Below are positions 10,219 through 19,634 of a stretch of 64,000 nucleotides of DNA, piece after piece (position 1 is the stretch's first letter; the number at the start of each line of letters is the position of its first letter). The stretch is from an uncultured Bacillota bacterium (GTDB lineage: Bacteria > Sysuimicrobiota > Sysuimicrobiia > Sysuimicrobiales > Segetimicrobiaceae). The stretch covers positions 608,001 to 672,000 of the forward strand of contig CAWDRG010000017.1 in the NCBI GenBank assembly GCA_963804645.1. The letters run 5' to 3'. The translations under genes were made by a program, and so were the position numbers. The notes beneath the pieces were generated by a model. The model saw only the letters and a program-made list of their open reading frames with translations. It ran no database searches and had not been told where the DNA came from.

Positions 10219-11097
10219 GTGAACACCGCGTTACCTGATGACTCCCGAGCGATGCTTCCGGTCGCCGCGCTCGCGGCGATCGCGCGCGCCCTGGAAGAAG
10301 ACATCGGGACGGGCGACCACACCACCAACAGCATCGTCCCCGACGACGCCGTCATGCAGGGACAGTTCATCGCCAAGCAGCAGGGAACGGTGGCCGGGCT
10401 GGACGTCGCCCGGGCCGCGTTTCGACTGTTCGACGAGCGCGTAACTCTCGTGACGCGCGTGGACGAGGGCGCGCGCGTGTCTGAGCGAGAGGTGCTCGCG
10501 ACCGTCTCGGGCCCCGCCCGCGCGTTCTTGACCGTGGAGCGCACGGCCCTGAACTTCCTGGGGCGTATGTCCGGGATCGCGACGCTGACGCGCGCATTTG
10601 TCGACGCCGTCGCCGGGACCCGGGCGGTCATCCTCGACACCCGCAAGACCGCCCCTGGCCTGCGGATCTTCGACAAGCTGGCGGTGCGGCGCGGCGGCGG
10701 GCGGAACCACCGGATGGGACTCTACGACGCGATGCTGATCAAGGACAATCACATCGACGAGGCGGGATCGCTGGCCGAGGCGGTGCGCCGCGCCCGCGCG
10801 GCGGGGACCGGGCTCCGGATCGAGGTGGAGGCCCGGACGCTCGACGACGTCCGCGCCGCGCTCGCCCTCGAGGTGACGCACATCCTTCTCGACAACATGT
10901 CGGTCGAGACGATGCGCGACGCAGTGCGCCGCGCTGGCGGCCGCGCCGCGCTGGAGGCCTCCGGCAACGTCACGCTGGAGCGCGTCCGGGCAATCGCCGA
11001 GACCGGCGTCGACTACATCTCCGTGGGCGCACTGACGCACTCGGCGGACGTGTTCGACGTCAGCCTCAAGCGGACCGGACGCGGGGCCGCGGGATAG
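10219..11097 (+). CDS. nadC: Quinolinate phosphoribosyltransferase
   Basis: ERTALN, DTRKT, HRMGL, IKDNH, LLDN, EASG motifs. Confidence 0.96.
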   Translation: MNTALPDDSRAMLPVAALAAIARALEEDIGTGDHTTNSIVPDDAVMQGQFIAKQQGTVAGLDVARAAFRLFDERVTLVTRVDEGARVSEREVLATVSGPARAFLTVERTALNFLGRMSGIATLTRAFVDAVAGTRAVILDTRKTAPGLRIFDKLAVRRGGGRNHRMGLYDAMLIKDNHIDEAGSLAEAVRRARAAGTGLRIEVEARTLDDVRAALALEVTHILLDNMSVETMRDAVRRAGGRAALEASGNVTLERVRAIAETGVDYISVGALTHSADVFDVSLKRTGRGAAG

Positions 11098-11104
11098 CCC
11101 GGCG

Positions 11105-11611
11105 TCAGGGCGGGTAGACGGCCTCCGGCGGCACCCGCTCCTTGGGGCGCTCGATCAGCTCCAACACCGTCGCGAACGGAGACTCCGTTTCGAAGTACGC
11201 GAACCCGCCGTCGCCCTGCTTGCCGTGGCCGCCTCCGCTCTGGATGAGCGCATAGCCCTGACGCTCCATCGCGCGCACGCCCTCGGCGAGATCGGGCACC
11301 ACCACCCCGAGGTGGTGGATGCCTTCCCCGTGGCGCTCGAGGAACTCCTCGTAAATATTGGGACCTTCGAGCGGCTGAATCAGCTCGAGCTGGAGGTCGC
11401 CGCACTGCGCAAACGCCAGCCGCATGCGGTACGCCTGCGGCCGCCCGCGGTAGGTCATGTACTTGAGCAGCGGCGTCCCGTACGTGTACAGGTGCCAGCT
11501 GCCGATGCCCAGCCGATCCGCGTAGGCGCGGACCGCCGCCTCCAGGTCGCGGACGACGTAGCCGATCTGGTTGAACCGCACGGGACCGTGAGGCAGCTTC
11601 AGTTCGCTCAT
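11105..11611 (-). CDS. VOC/glyoxalase (methylmalonyl-CoA epimerase-like) protein
   Basis: QIGYVVRD, ELIQP, GEGIHHLG, VLELIE. Confidence 0.88.
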   Translation of the reverse strand: MSELKLPHGPVRFNQIGYVVRDLEAAVRAYADRLGIGSWHLYTYGTPLLKYMTYRGRPQAYRMRLAFAQCGDLQLELIQPLEGPNIYEEFLERHGEGIHHLGVVVPDLAEGVRAMERQGYALIQSGGGHGKQGDGGFAYFETESPFATVLELIERPKERVPPEAVYPP

Positions 11612-11646
11612 CGAGACACGCTCCTCCGCGGGCAGGGCGCGCCCGG

Positions 11647-12399
11647 CTAACTCATGTAGAGACCGCCGTTCACGTGCACCGTCTCGCCGACGATGAAGCT
11701 CGCCGCGTCGGTCGCGAGAAACGCCACCACCTCGCCGATCTCCTCGGGCCGCCCGATGCGCCCGAGGGGCACGGCCTGGCGCTGCCGCTCTAGGAGCTCC
11801 GGGCTGGTCAGGGTCCGCTGGAACTCCGTGTCGATCGTGCCCGGCGACACCGCCAGCACGCGCACTCCCCGAGGGGCCAGCGCATGCGCCAGCCCGTGGG
11901 TGAGCGTGGCGAGCGCCCCTTTCGCCGACGAATACGCGAAGACGTTGTCCGAGCCCCCGAGCACCGAGGCGGTGGACAGAATGTTGATCACGACGCCCCT
12001 TCCCCGCTCGCTCATCGAGGGCGTCAGCCGCTGGCAGAGGTAGAGCGGCGCCCGGTAGTTCAGGTTGAACACGAGGTCGATGAACGCGGGCTCGAGCTCC
12101 CGCCAATGGACCCGTCGGATCGGCGTGCCGGCGCTGTTCACGAGAATGTCGATCGGCGCAAACGCACGCGCCTCGTCGGCGAGCCGATAGACATCGTCGG
12201 CGACGGTGAGGTCTCCCTGGAACACCCGCGCGGCAACGCCGAGACCCTGTACCTCCGCGGCGACGGCCTGCGCGCGCGCCAGATTGCGATGGTAGTGGAC
12301 CGCGACACCAGCGCCGCGGCGCGCGAGCGACCGCACGATCGCGGCCCCGATGTCGCTCGTCGCGCCGGTCACCAGCGCGGTGCGTCCGGCCAGTTCCAC
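11647..12399 (-). CDS. SDR oxidoreductase
   Basis: TGATSDIG, NSAG, YSSAK, PGTIDT. Confidence 0.92.
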   Translation of the reverse strand: MELAGRTALVTGATSDIGAAIVRSLARRGAGVAVHYHRNLARAQAVAAEVQGLGVAARVFQGDLTVADDVYRLADEARAFAPIDILVNSAGTPIRRVHWRELEPAFIDLVFNLNYRAPLYLCQRLTPSMSERGRGVVINILSTASVLGGSDNVFAYSSAKGALATLTHGLAHALAPRGVRVLAVSPGTIDTEFQRTLTSPELLERQRQAVPLGRIGRPEEIGEVVAFLATDAASFIVGETVHVNGGLYMS

Positions 12400-12411
12400 G
12401 ACGGGCTCCGA

Positions 12412-13419
12412 CTATCCCGCGTCGCGCGGGTCTTGGTTCATGTGCAGCTCTTGCATGACCTCGCGCTCAAACTTCGCGAACAGCGTCTTCTTGAACGCCT
12501 CGTCCATCGCGGTGAAGTGCTTGTAGCCGCCGGCCTGCTCCGCGCCCCACTCGTCCGCAAACTTCCCGGACCGGATGTAGGCGAGCACATCCTCCATCGT
12601 CTTCCGCAGCTCGGGCGCCTCGAAGCGCGGAAGTCGGCTCTTCGACCCGTACCGGCTCGTCGGCGAATGCAGCCCCGTCTGCCCGACCCAGCCGTACTTC
12701 GCCGCCTCGTGGAGGACGTCGCCGATCTCGCCCGACAGGTACAGCTCGAGGACCGCGGCGACCTTCGGATACCCCGCCTGGACCGCGACTTCGACGGCGG
12801 TCGTGAGCACAACCGACAGGGCCGGCACGAGGGCCTGCTCGGTGAACAGATCCAGCTCCGTCTCGTCCTTGAAGCTCACGTGCAACGCATAGGACTTAAG
12901 CGATCCGATGCCCTTCGCCAGCGCGAGCGTCGTCGGCCACGCCTGCCCGTCGACATCCTGGTGCACGTCAACGAAACTGAGGAACCCCTCGCCGCGCTGG
13001 TAGTGCTGCCGGACCGCGATCCCGACGGTCCGGGGGGCCACCATGATGACGTTGATGTCGGGCGGGAATTCGATCTGCCGGAAGCACACGCAGTACCCGG
13101 AGGCGAACACGAGCGTCTTCCCCTTCGAGAGCCCGGGGCGGACCGCCTCGCGGTAGATCGCCGGGGTCACCTCGTCCGGCAGCAGCGACATCACGATATC
13201 ACCGCGCGCGGCCGCCTCCGCAATCGAGTACAGGGGGATGCCGTCCTGCTTGGCATGCGCCGCGTACTCGTCGGCCGCGTTGCCGACGATGACGGACATG
13301 CCGCTGTCGCGAAGATTCAGCGCCTGAGCCCGACCCTGATTCCCGTAGCCGAGGACGGCGATGCGCTTGTCGCGGAGGGGCTCGAGGGTGGCGTCATCGT
13401 CATGAAACACACGCGTCAT
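12412..13419 (-). CDS. ilvC: Ketol-acid reductoisomerase family (IlvC paralog)
   Basis: GYGNQG.AQA.NLRDSG, LLPDE, MVAP, ETELDLFTEQ. Confidence 0.88.
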   Translation of the reverse strand: MTRVFHDDDATLEPLRDKRIAVLGYGNQGRAQALNLRDSGMSVIVGNAADEYAAHAKQDGIPLYSIAEAAARGDIVMSLLPDEVTPAIYREAVRPGLSKGKTLVFASGYCVCFRQIEFPPDINVIMVAPRTVGIAVRQHYQRGEGFLSFVDVHQDVDGQAWPTTLALAKGIGSLKSYALHVSFKDETELDLFTEQALVPALSVVLTTAVEVAVQAGYPKVAAVLELYLSGEIGDVLHEAAKYGWVGQTGLHSPTSRYGSKSRLPRFEAPELRKTMEDVLAYIRSGKFADEWGAEQAGGYKHFTAMDEAFKKTLFAKFEREVMQELHMNQDPRDAG

Positions 13420-13489
13420 GATCACGACCTCTCTGGGCTGTGCCCGGCGTTTGCAATGCAATCGAGCGCACGTTACAACGGCTTACCCC

Positions 13490-13514
13490 TTCAACAGGAC
13501 GCGCGCTATCCCTG
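13490..13514 (-). promoter_or_regulatory. CAGG-N18-GAA sigmaH-like promoter motif upstream of ilvC
   Basis: Same motif and spacing recur upstream of several transcription units (see findings). Confidence 0.5.
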
Positions 13515-13638
13515 TGCGGCCGTCCGTGGGGGAGGGAGTCGTTGTACGGATAGCGGTCCACCGCGGCGTGCTAAAGTCGTCACATGCCGACGCTGGTAAT
13601 TATCGAAGCGAGATGCAGAGCGGGGATGGTTCAAGTTG

Positions 13639-13750
13639 GGCGAACTGAGGTCAACTTGGTGACGAAAGCCTACGTGGCGTCCACTGATGGTGAAATAAGT
13701 TTGCCACTCTAGTGATTGTTGTAGGATGCCAAGATATCGTTCAGTTCGCC
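13639..13750 (+). other. 112-nt imperfect rod-like hairpin
   Basis: Nested stems ggcgaactga/tcagttcgcc, cttggt/gccaag, cctac/gtagg, cact/agtg, tggtgaa/tttgcca. Confidence 0.55.
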
Positions 13751-13814
13751 ACTTTATCGTTCAGCGAACGGCATGTGAACCTGCAGCAAACGCGTGTACG
13801 GCAGGTTCCAGGGG

Positions 13815-13885
13815 CAATCCTCGGTCCATCCGGGGCTAATCACGTTGACTGTGATGGTACGCTTGGCCAGCTCGACGGACCAATG
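13815..13885 (-). pseudogene. SDR gene fragment
   Basis: Translates WSVELAKRTITVNVISPGWTED, a typical post-YxxxK SDR segment; no other SDR parts nearby. Confidence 0.6.
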
Positions 13886-14084
13886 ATTCCATTGCAGGCT
13901 TTGCGGACCCATCCCCGACCCAGGGCTGCAGGTTCCGGTCCAACTCCCGATCCCGCAAGGTAACCGCGAGGATCCGGCCGCCATTAGTAAGTCTTCCTGC
14001 TGTTTACATTAGGACGGTACGCGGCCGCGGATGCACCCCCGCCGGCTCGCAACCCGCCGGTGGGAGTCCCGCGTGCCGTGTCCA

Positions 14085-15035
14085 TCAGAAGATCGACGTC
14101 CCCTCCGACCCCGCGAGCGCGAGGTACGCGCGCGGATCGCAAAACAGACGGGCGCGCGAGCAGCAGAAGATCTCCATCCCGCTGAGGTGGAACCCCGCGC
14201 CGAGCAGCGGCTCGAGCGCCGCATGCGGGGCGGGGAGCGAGACGCGGTATGTCCACGCGCGCGGCCCGGCCGCCCGATCGGCCGCGGCCGCCGCGTCGGC
14301 AGCCCATCGCAGGGCGGCCCCCACACACGCGACCGCATCCGTCCGGGAGGCGGCGCCAAGGGGGCCGAGGCGCACTTCCGGCCCGGCCTCGGCACGCGCC
14401 CGAATCCACGCGTACCCGTACCCCACGCGCGCGCCGCCCCGCGCGTACCAGAGGGGCACCGCGCCGATTTCCCGCAAGAACGCGTGATCCTCCGGACGCG
14501 GGCGGCCGCCGACGCGGGCGTCCCACTCGAGGAACGCGGGGTCGCCGGCCTCCGCGGTCGCGACCGCGAGATCCGCGCCGGGCAGCGCCGCGAGGTCGGG
14601 GGCGTCCGCAGCGAGGAGCAGGTGCGGCCACCGCGGCCGCATCCCGGCGCGGGCGTAGAGCGCGACGGCCCGCGGATCGAGTGAGCTCATCGTGTACCGC
14701 GTGGCTGCGGGGTAGGCGAGTACCTGGTCCAGCAGCGCGCCGCCGAGGCCGTGCGACTGCCGGGCGGGGACGATGTGCAGGTCGGCCAGGAAGAGGACGC
14801 CGCCGCGCACGAACGAGGCCGCGTACCCGACGAGCCCGTCCCCGTCCTCGGCCACCCACAGGTGTCCCGTCGTGAGTTCGTGCCGGAACAACGGAAGCAC
14901 CACGTCCGGGGGCGGGCCGGCGCCGGGGCGGCCCGGGTGCGTCGCCTCGAACCAGACCTCGTACACCGCGTCGAGATCGGAGCCCCGCGCGGGCCGGATC
15001 TTTCCCGGCACCGACCCAGCGCTCGCCGGCGTCAA
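14085..15035 (-). CDS. GNAT family N-acetyltransferase (tandem-domain)
   Basis: IRPA..D, LWVAE, QSHGLGGALL, A.ALY.R.G. Confidence 0.85.
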   Translation of the reverse strand: MTPASAGSVPGKIRPARGSDLDAVYEVWFEATHPGRPGAGPPPDVVLPLFRHELTTGHLWVAEDGDGLVGYAASFVRGGVLFLADLHIVPARQSHGLGGALLDQVLAYPAATRYTMSSLDPRAVALYARAGMRPRWPHLLLAADAPDLAALPGADLAVATAEAGDPAFLEWDARVGGRPRPEDHAFLREIGAVPLWYARGGARVGYGYAWIRARAEAGPEVRLGPLGAASRTDAVACVGAALRWAADAAAAADRAAGPRAWTYRVSLPAPHAALEPLLGAGFHLSGMEIFCCSRARLFCDPRAYLALAGSEGTSIF

Positions 15036-15344
15036 CGCGCGCCGTCCGGCGGCGGCTCCTCCGTCACATCGCCCACCGTCCCGCCGGTCGCGCGCGCGAG
15101 GTCACCGGGCGCGACGGCGAACACCTGGCATAATTCGCACCTCATCGTAAACGTGTCACAGAAGATCATAAGTAGTCACTGTCCAACGACCACGCTTACT
15201 CACGCGGCGCGTGAGTGGCCACGGCTTTGTTGACGAGGATGCCTGGCCTGCCGTTTGCCAGATGGTCTCTTCGCAGCCCGCTTCTTCGGCCGACGAGCCA
15301 TTCGCGAGCCCCACGACGGAACGTCAGCCTGGCCGCGATCATGG

Positions 15345-15391
15345 TTCGGCGGGTCGGGGATGTGGACCTTCGGGCCCAGAGGGGCATGATC
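15345..15391 (+). repeat. Dispersed repeat copy 1
   Basis: ttcggcgggtcggggatgtggaccttcgggcccagaggggcatgatc; matches 16352 and 22998. Confidence 0.8.
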
Positions 15392-15406
15392 GGGCTTCCG
15401 TGCGCA

Positions 15407-16255
15407 TCATCCCGGATGGCGCTCTTGGAGGATGTCTTCCATCCGCTTTTGGATGGCGGGATTGTAGATGTCCCTCTGAGTGAGGATGTAGAATTTGTCA
15501 CTTCTGATCGCGGTGAATGTTTCCTCTGCGACTTGTTCAGGGGAGATGCCGCTTTCCACAGCTTGCCGAAGGTCCTGCAGCGCGATCTGGGTGTCCGAAC
15601 TCGTTGATGCGCCGATGGTTAGGTTCTTCAGTTCGCGGGGGCGATTACGCTCAGCGTCCCAGATTCTGGTTTGGACATACCCTGGACATAGAACGGACAC
15701 TTTTACGTGGGACCCCCTCGCTGCTAGCTGCGCGTGTAACGTCTCCGACAACGATACCACGCCGTGTTTCGTCAGCTTGTAGATGCCATTGCGCGGCCCG
15801 GAAATCAATCCAGCCACAGAAGCGACATTGACAATTCGGCTTTCAACATTCTGCTCGAGCATCAGCGGCACGAAAACTCGAATCCCATGAATAACTCCCC
15901 AGAGGTTGACGCCAATCACCCACTCCCAGTCAGCGGTTGTGCTTTCCCATATCGGCGTCCCCGGGTTTGTTCCGACGCCCGCGTTGTTGAAAAGCAGGTG
16001 CACGCCACCGAAGGCCTTGAGGGTTTTATGAGCAAGGGCTTCGACGTCCCCCGCCTTGGACACATCAGTGGGAACACTGAATACGATAGCCCCAGCGGCC
16101 CGCAATTCGCCTTCCGCCCGCGCCAAGTTGGTTTCGTTGATACCCGCGAGCACTACCTTCATACCTTCCTGAGCGCATCTATCGGCCAACGCGCGACCAA
16201 TCCCGCCGGCAGCTCCCGTGATGACCGCAACCTTTCCCCGAAACTGCCCCACCAT
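15407..16255 (-). CDS. SDR oxidoreductase (AT-richer than neighbours)
   Basis: TGAAGGIG, NNAG, Y.LTK, LCPG. Confidence 0.93.
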   Translation of the reverse strand: MVGQFRGKVAVITGAAGGIGRALADRCAQEGMKVVLAGINETNLARAEGELRAAGAIVFSVPTDVSKAGDVEALAHKTLKAFGGVHLLFNNAGVGTNPGTPIWESTTADWEWVIGVNLWGVIHGIRVFVPLMLEQNVESRIVNVASVAGLISGPRNGIYKLTKHGVVSLSETLHAQLAARGSHVKVSVLCPGYVQTRIWDAERNRPRELKNLTIGASTSSDTQIALQDLRQAVESGISPEQVAEETFTAIRSDKFYILTQRDIYNPAIQKRMEDILQERHPG

Positions 16256-16351
16256 TGGGATCCGCCACGATCCGACGTCTTATACACTTCGGTGCCTTCA
16301 CGCAACGCTGTCCAAGTAATGAGTCGCGTGGCCACTTCGTTGCGGTCGAGT

Positions 16352-16391
16352 TTCGGCAGGTCGGGAGTGCGGACCTTCGGGGCCCAGCGGG
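16352..16391 (+). repeat. Dispersed repeat copy 2
   Basis: ttcggcaggtcgggagtgcggaccttcggggcccagcggg. Confidence 0.78.
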
Positions 16392-16575
16392 TGAGGCACC
16401 TCTACTCTAAGGCGCTCTGTGATCAAACGTCTTTTCGACGGAAAAACTGCAACCTATCGTTACCAAACCACTGCACGATATCGTGATTGAGGGCTCAAAA
16501 TTCCTTATTTTGTGGGGGATCTTACTGCACGAAATTATGACTTGCTACAAGTGATTCTTACCACTGCTACATCTG

Positions 16576-16704
16576 CTACATCCGTCGGACCGCCCCTCCG
16601 GGATCGAGCGACACCTGGACGATGGTGACCAGGGGCATGGCGACCTCTACCGCAACGACTCCCCCGATGTCGAAGCCCAGTCGAAACCGCGATGCGTTTG
16701 TCAT
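16576..16704 (-). pseudogene. Hydantoinase/oxoprolinase A N-terminal stub
   Basis: MTNASRFRLGFDIGG then breaks off before the expected TFTD; directly downstream of a substrate-binding gene. Confidence 0.6.
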
Positions 16705-16774
16705 CCCCAGCGTTCGCTCCTTGATCCGTGGGGCGGCCGCGGGCGCGGTGTCGCCCCGCCCGCTCGGTATCCGG

Positions 16775-18430
16775 CTATACCTGCGCGTCGTAGAGCCAGA
16801 CCGTCGTCGCCAGTCCGTCGAGGTGCTCGCCGCGTAGGGTCGTGCGCTTGGCGTCGTGGGTGATCGTGTCAACGAGCGGGACGACGGCCGCGTCGCGGAG
16901 CAAGCGCTCCTGGATGCTCGCGTAGAGCCGGATCCGGGTCGCGGGCACTGAGGTGGCGACGGCGTCGTCGAGCATCTTGTCGACCTCGGGGACCTGGTAT
17001 TTCGCGCGGTTGAACGCGGTAATGTTCGACGAGTGGAACAGCGTCCGGAGCACGTCGGGGTCGCTTGACGAGAACCACATCAGATTAAAGTGGTAGCGGT
17101 TGGCCCGGATGAGGTCGTAGTACGCCGCGCGCTCGAGCGGCGTCACCTGGACGTCCATGCCGACGGCCTGCAGGCTCGCCTGGACGGACTGCGCGATGGC
17201 CGTGTCCGCCGGGCGGCCGATGATCGGCCAGGCAATCGTGAGCTTCTCGCCGTTCTTCTCGCGGACGCCGCCGCTGCCGATCTTCCAGCCCGCCGCCTCC
17301 AGGGTGGCCCGGGCCTTGTCGGGACTGTAACTGTACATTTTCTCGGTGTTCGCATCGTAGGCGAACGTCGGTCGCATCAAGGGGCTCCACGCAACCTTGT
17401 TGGTCCCGTGGTAGACCGACTGATTCAGCCCGTCGCGGTCGATAGCGTACTCGATCGCCACGCGCACCTGGGGGTCGGCCGTCGGGCCCGTGCTGGTGTT
17501 CAGGAGGATCGTCTCGCCGGAACCGGTCTGCCCCTGGTCGATCACGACGAGTTGGCTGTCGTGCCGGAGCACATCGTACTGCTGCGGGTCCACGTCGTCG
17601 ATGAACTGCGTCTCGCCGCTCTTGAGCGTGCCAGTCCGCACGGCCGGCTCGAGAATGACCTTGTAGATGATCTGGTCGAGGTAGGCCGGTCCAGTATGCT
17701 TGTAATACGAAGATCCCCACCGGTACGCGGGGTTGCGGACCACCGTGATGTGGTCCTGGGCGACCCACTCCTTGAACATGAACGGCCCGGTCCCCACGGG
17801 ATGCTGCGCGAACGCCGCAGGCCCCATCTTCTTGACCGCGTCCGGGGACACGATGCCGAGCACGCCGGTCGCCAGGTTGCCGAGCAGGGGGGCGAACCCC
17901 TGCTTCATGACGATCCGGGCGGTGTAGTCGTCGACGACCTCCGTCTGATCGTACGGCCCTAGCGCGTCGTGCGAGGCCCCGGCCTTGGTCGCCGGATCCA
18001 CCACGCGGTCGAGCGTGAACCGGACCGCCTCCGCCGTGAACGGGGTCCCATCGTGGAAGACGACTCCGCGCTTGAGCTTGAACGTGAAGGCCTTCGCGTC
18101 CGGCGAGACCTGCCACGACTCGGCGAGGCCCGGAACGAACCGCCCCATGACCGGCTGGAGCACGAGCGTCTCGCAGATGTTGGAGACGACGCGGACCACC
18201 GAGATCCAGTTGGTGACCTGCGGGTCCAGCGTCTCGTCGACGTCAAGCGACATCCCGTACGTCAGCGTGCCGCCCCCGGGCGCCGCGGCCCGGGCATAAT
18301 CCGGCGCGCCCCACGCGAGTGCCGCGCCTGCGGCCGAGGCGCCGATCTGCCCGAGCAGCGCGCGCCGCGTGACGGCCCGCGCACGCCTTCCGCCGATGGC
18401 GAAACGGGGTTCATCGGTCCTGCGACTCAT
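16775..18430 (-). CDS. Family-5 ABC substrate-binding protein with Tat signal
   Basis: TRRALL, TLDPQ, PGLAESW, FHDGTPFTA, PVGTGPF. Confidence 0.93.
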   Translation of the reverse strand: MSRRTDEPRFAIGGRRARAVTRRALLGQIGASAAGAALAWGAPDYARAAAPGGGTLTYGMSLDVDETLDPQVTNWISVVRVVSNICETLVLQPVMGRFVPGLAESWQVSPDAKAFTFKLKRGVVFHDGTPFTAEAVRFTLDRVVDPATKAGASHDALGPYDQTEVVDDYTARIVMKQGFAPLLGNLATGVLGIVSPDAVKKMGPAAFAQHPVGTGPFMFKEWVAQDHITVVRNPAYRWGSSYYKHTGPAYLDQIIYKVILEPAVRTGTLKSGETQFIDDVDPQQYDVLRHDSQLVVIDQGQTGSGETILLNTSTGPTADPQVRVAIEYAIDRDGLNQSVYHGTNKVAWSPLMRPTFAYDANTEKMYSYSPDKARATLEAAGWKIGSGGVREKNGEKLTIAWPIIGRPADTAIAQSVQASLQAVGMDVQVTPLERAAYYDLIRANRYHFNLMWFSSSDPDVLRTLFHSSNITAFNRAKYQVPEVDKMLDDAVATSVPATRIRLYASIQERLLRDAAVVPLVDTITHDAKRTTLRGEHLDGLATTVWLYDAQV

Positions 18431-18740
18431 GGCCGATCCTCCGACGTGTGCCCTGGTGGTGTGAGGAACATATCCGAGGACGCGCGCCGAGTTCCTGCTG
18501 GCGACGCGCGTTGCCGTGGCGCAGGAGCGTCGGCGGCTCGACGGGCGTCGCGCGCGCAACGCCGGGCGCGTTCTCCCCAGGGATTCGGCGTCACGAAACC
18601 GTAGTTCCGATGAGATCAACGCGCTCGATCTGGAGGGACGCGATCGGCAGCCGTCCACCATACTACGTCGCGTAAGAGGCCGCGTCCCGCGCCATGACCC
18701 GTTCGATCAGGAGCTTGTTGATGGGGAAGGACGTGACTCC

Positions 18741-19601
18741 GTGACTGTCGCGGGAAAACTGCGCCGCCTCATGGCTCTTCCGGGGGCTGTGATCGTCCCT
18801 GGCGCCCCCAACGCACTGACCGCGCGCATCGCTCAGGAAGTCGGATTCAAGATGGTGCTGTTCACCGGGGCGGGATTCGCCAATATGGAACTCGGGGTGC
18901 CGGATATCGGGCTCACCACCTTGACCGAGGTGGTCCAGCAAGTCGGGCACATGACCGACGCGCTCGATATTCCACTCCTAGTGGATGCGGATACCGGATA
19001 CGGCAACGCGCTGAACGTGCGCCGGACGGTCCGGGAGCTGGAACGAGCAGGTGCCGCGGGCATTATCCTCGAGGACCAAATGTTTCCCAAGCGCTGCGGC
19101 CACTTCGATGGCAAAGGGGTCATCACGAGCGAGGAGATGGTCGCGAAGATCCGCGCGGCGGTGGACGCCCGCAGGGATCCCGAGACAGTGATCGTCGCGC
19201 GCACCGATGCGCGGGCGGTCTTCGGCATTGACGACGCCTGCCGGCGGGCAGCCGCCTACGCCGGCGCCGGCGCTGACGTCGCCTTCGTCGAGGCTCCTCG
19301 CACGATCGACGAGCTCGCGATGATTCCCCGGAGCAGTCCTGTCCCCCAGTTGGTCAACATGGTGGAGGGCGGGAAGACACCGGTCCTGCCGACACGCACT
19401 CTCGAGGAGATGGGCTTCAAGTTCGTCGCCTACGCGAACTCTGCGCTTCGGGCGGCAATTAAGGGCATGCAGACCGTGCTTTCGGCGCTGGGCCGAGACG
19501 GATCGACCGATGCCGTGTTGGATCAGATGGCCTCGTGGGAGGAACGGCAGCGCCTGGTTGGGTTGCCCCACTATGCGGAACTCGAGACTCGCTATTCGTG
19601 A
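18741..19601 (+). CDS. Isocitrate lyase/PEP mutase family C-C lyase (methylisocitrate/dimethylmalate lyase-like)
   Basis: DADTGYG, EDQ..PKRCGH, ARTDA, NMVEGGKTP. Confidence 0.92.
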   Translation: MTVAGKLRRLMALPGAVIVPGAPNALTARIAQEVGFKMVLFTGAGFANMELGVPDIGLTTLTEVVQQVGHMTDALDIPLLVDADTGYGNALNVRRTVRELERAGAAGIILEDQMFPKRCGHFDGKGVITSEEMVAKIRAAVDARRDPETVIVARTDARAVFGIDDACRRAAAYAGAGADVAFVEAPRTIDELAMIPRSSPVPQLVNMVEGGKTPVLPTRTLEEMGFKFVAYANSALRAAIKGMQTVLSALGRDGSTDAVLDQMASWEERQRLVGLPHYAELETRYS

Positions 19602-19634
19602 GGCGCCAGACTAACTGGGTCGAGAGGGGCGCTC

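Noticed and set aside
13893..13953. Degenerate tandem duplication resembling the reverse of the dispersed repeat
   Set aside because: Lacks the CCGAAGG core; similarity too weak to count as extra copies.
18741..19601. PEP mutase / phosphonate biosynthesis
   Set aside because: Active-site loop is KRCGH (lyase type), not the PepM KxNS.
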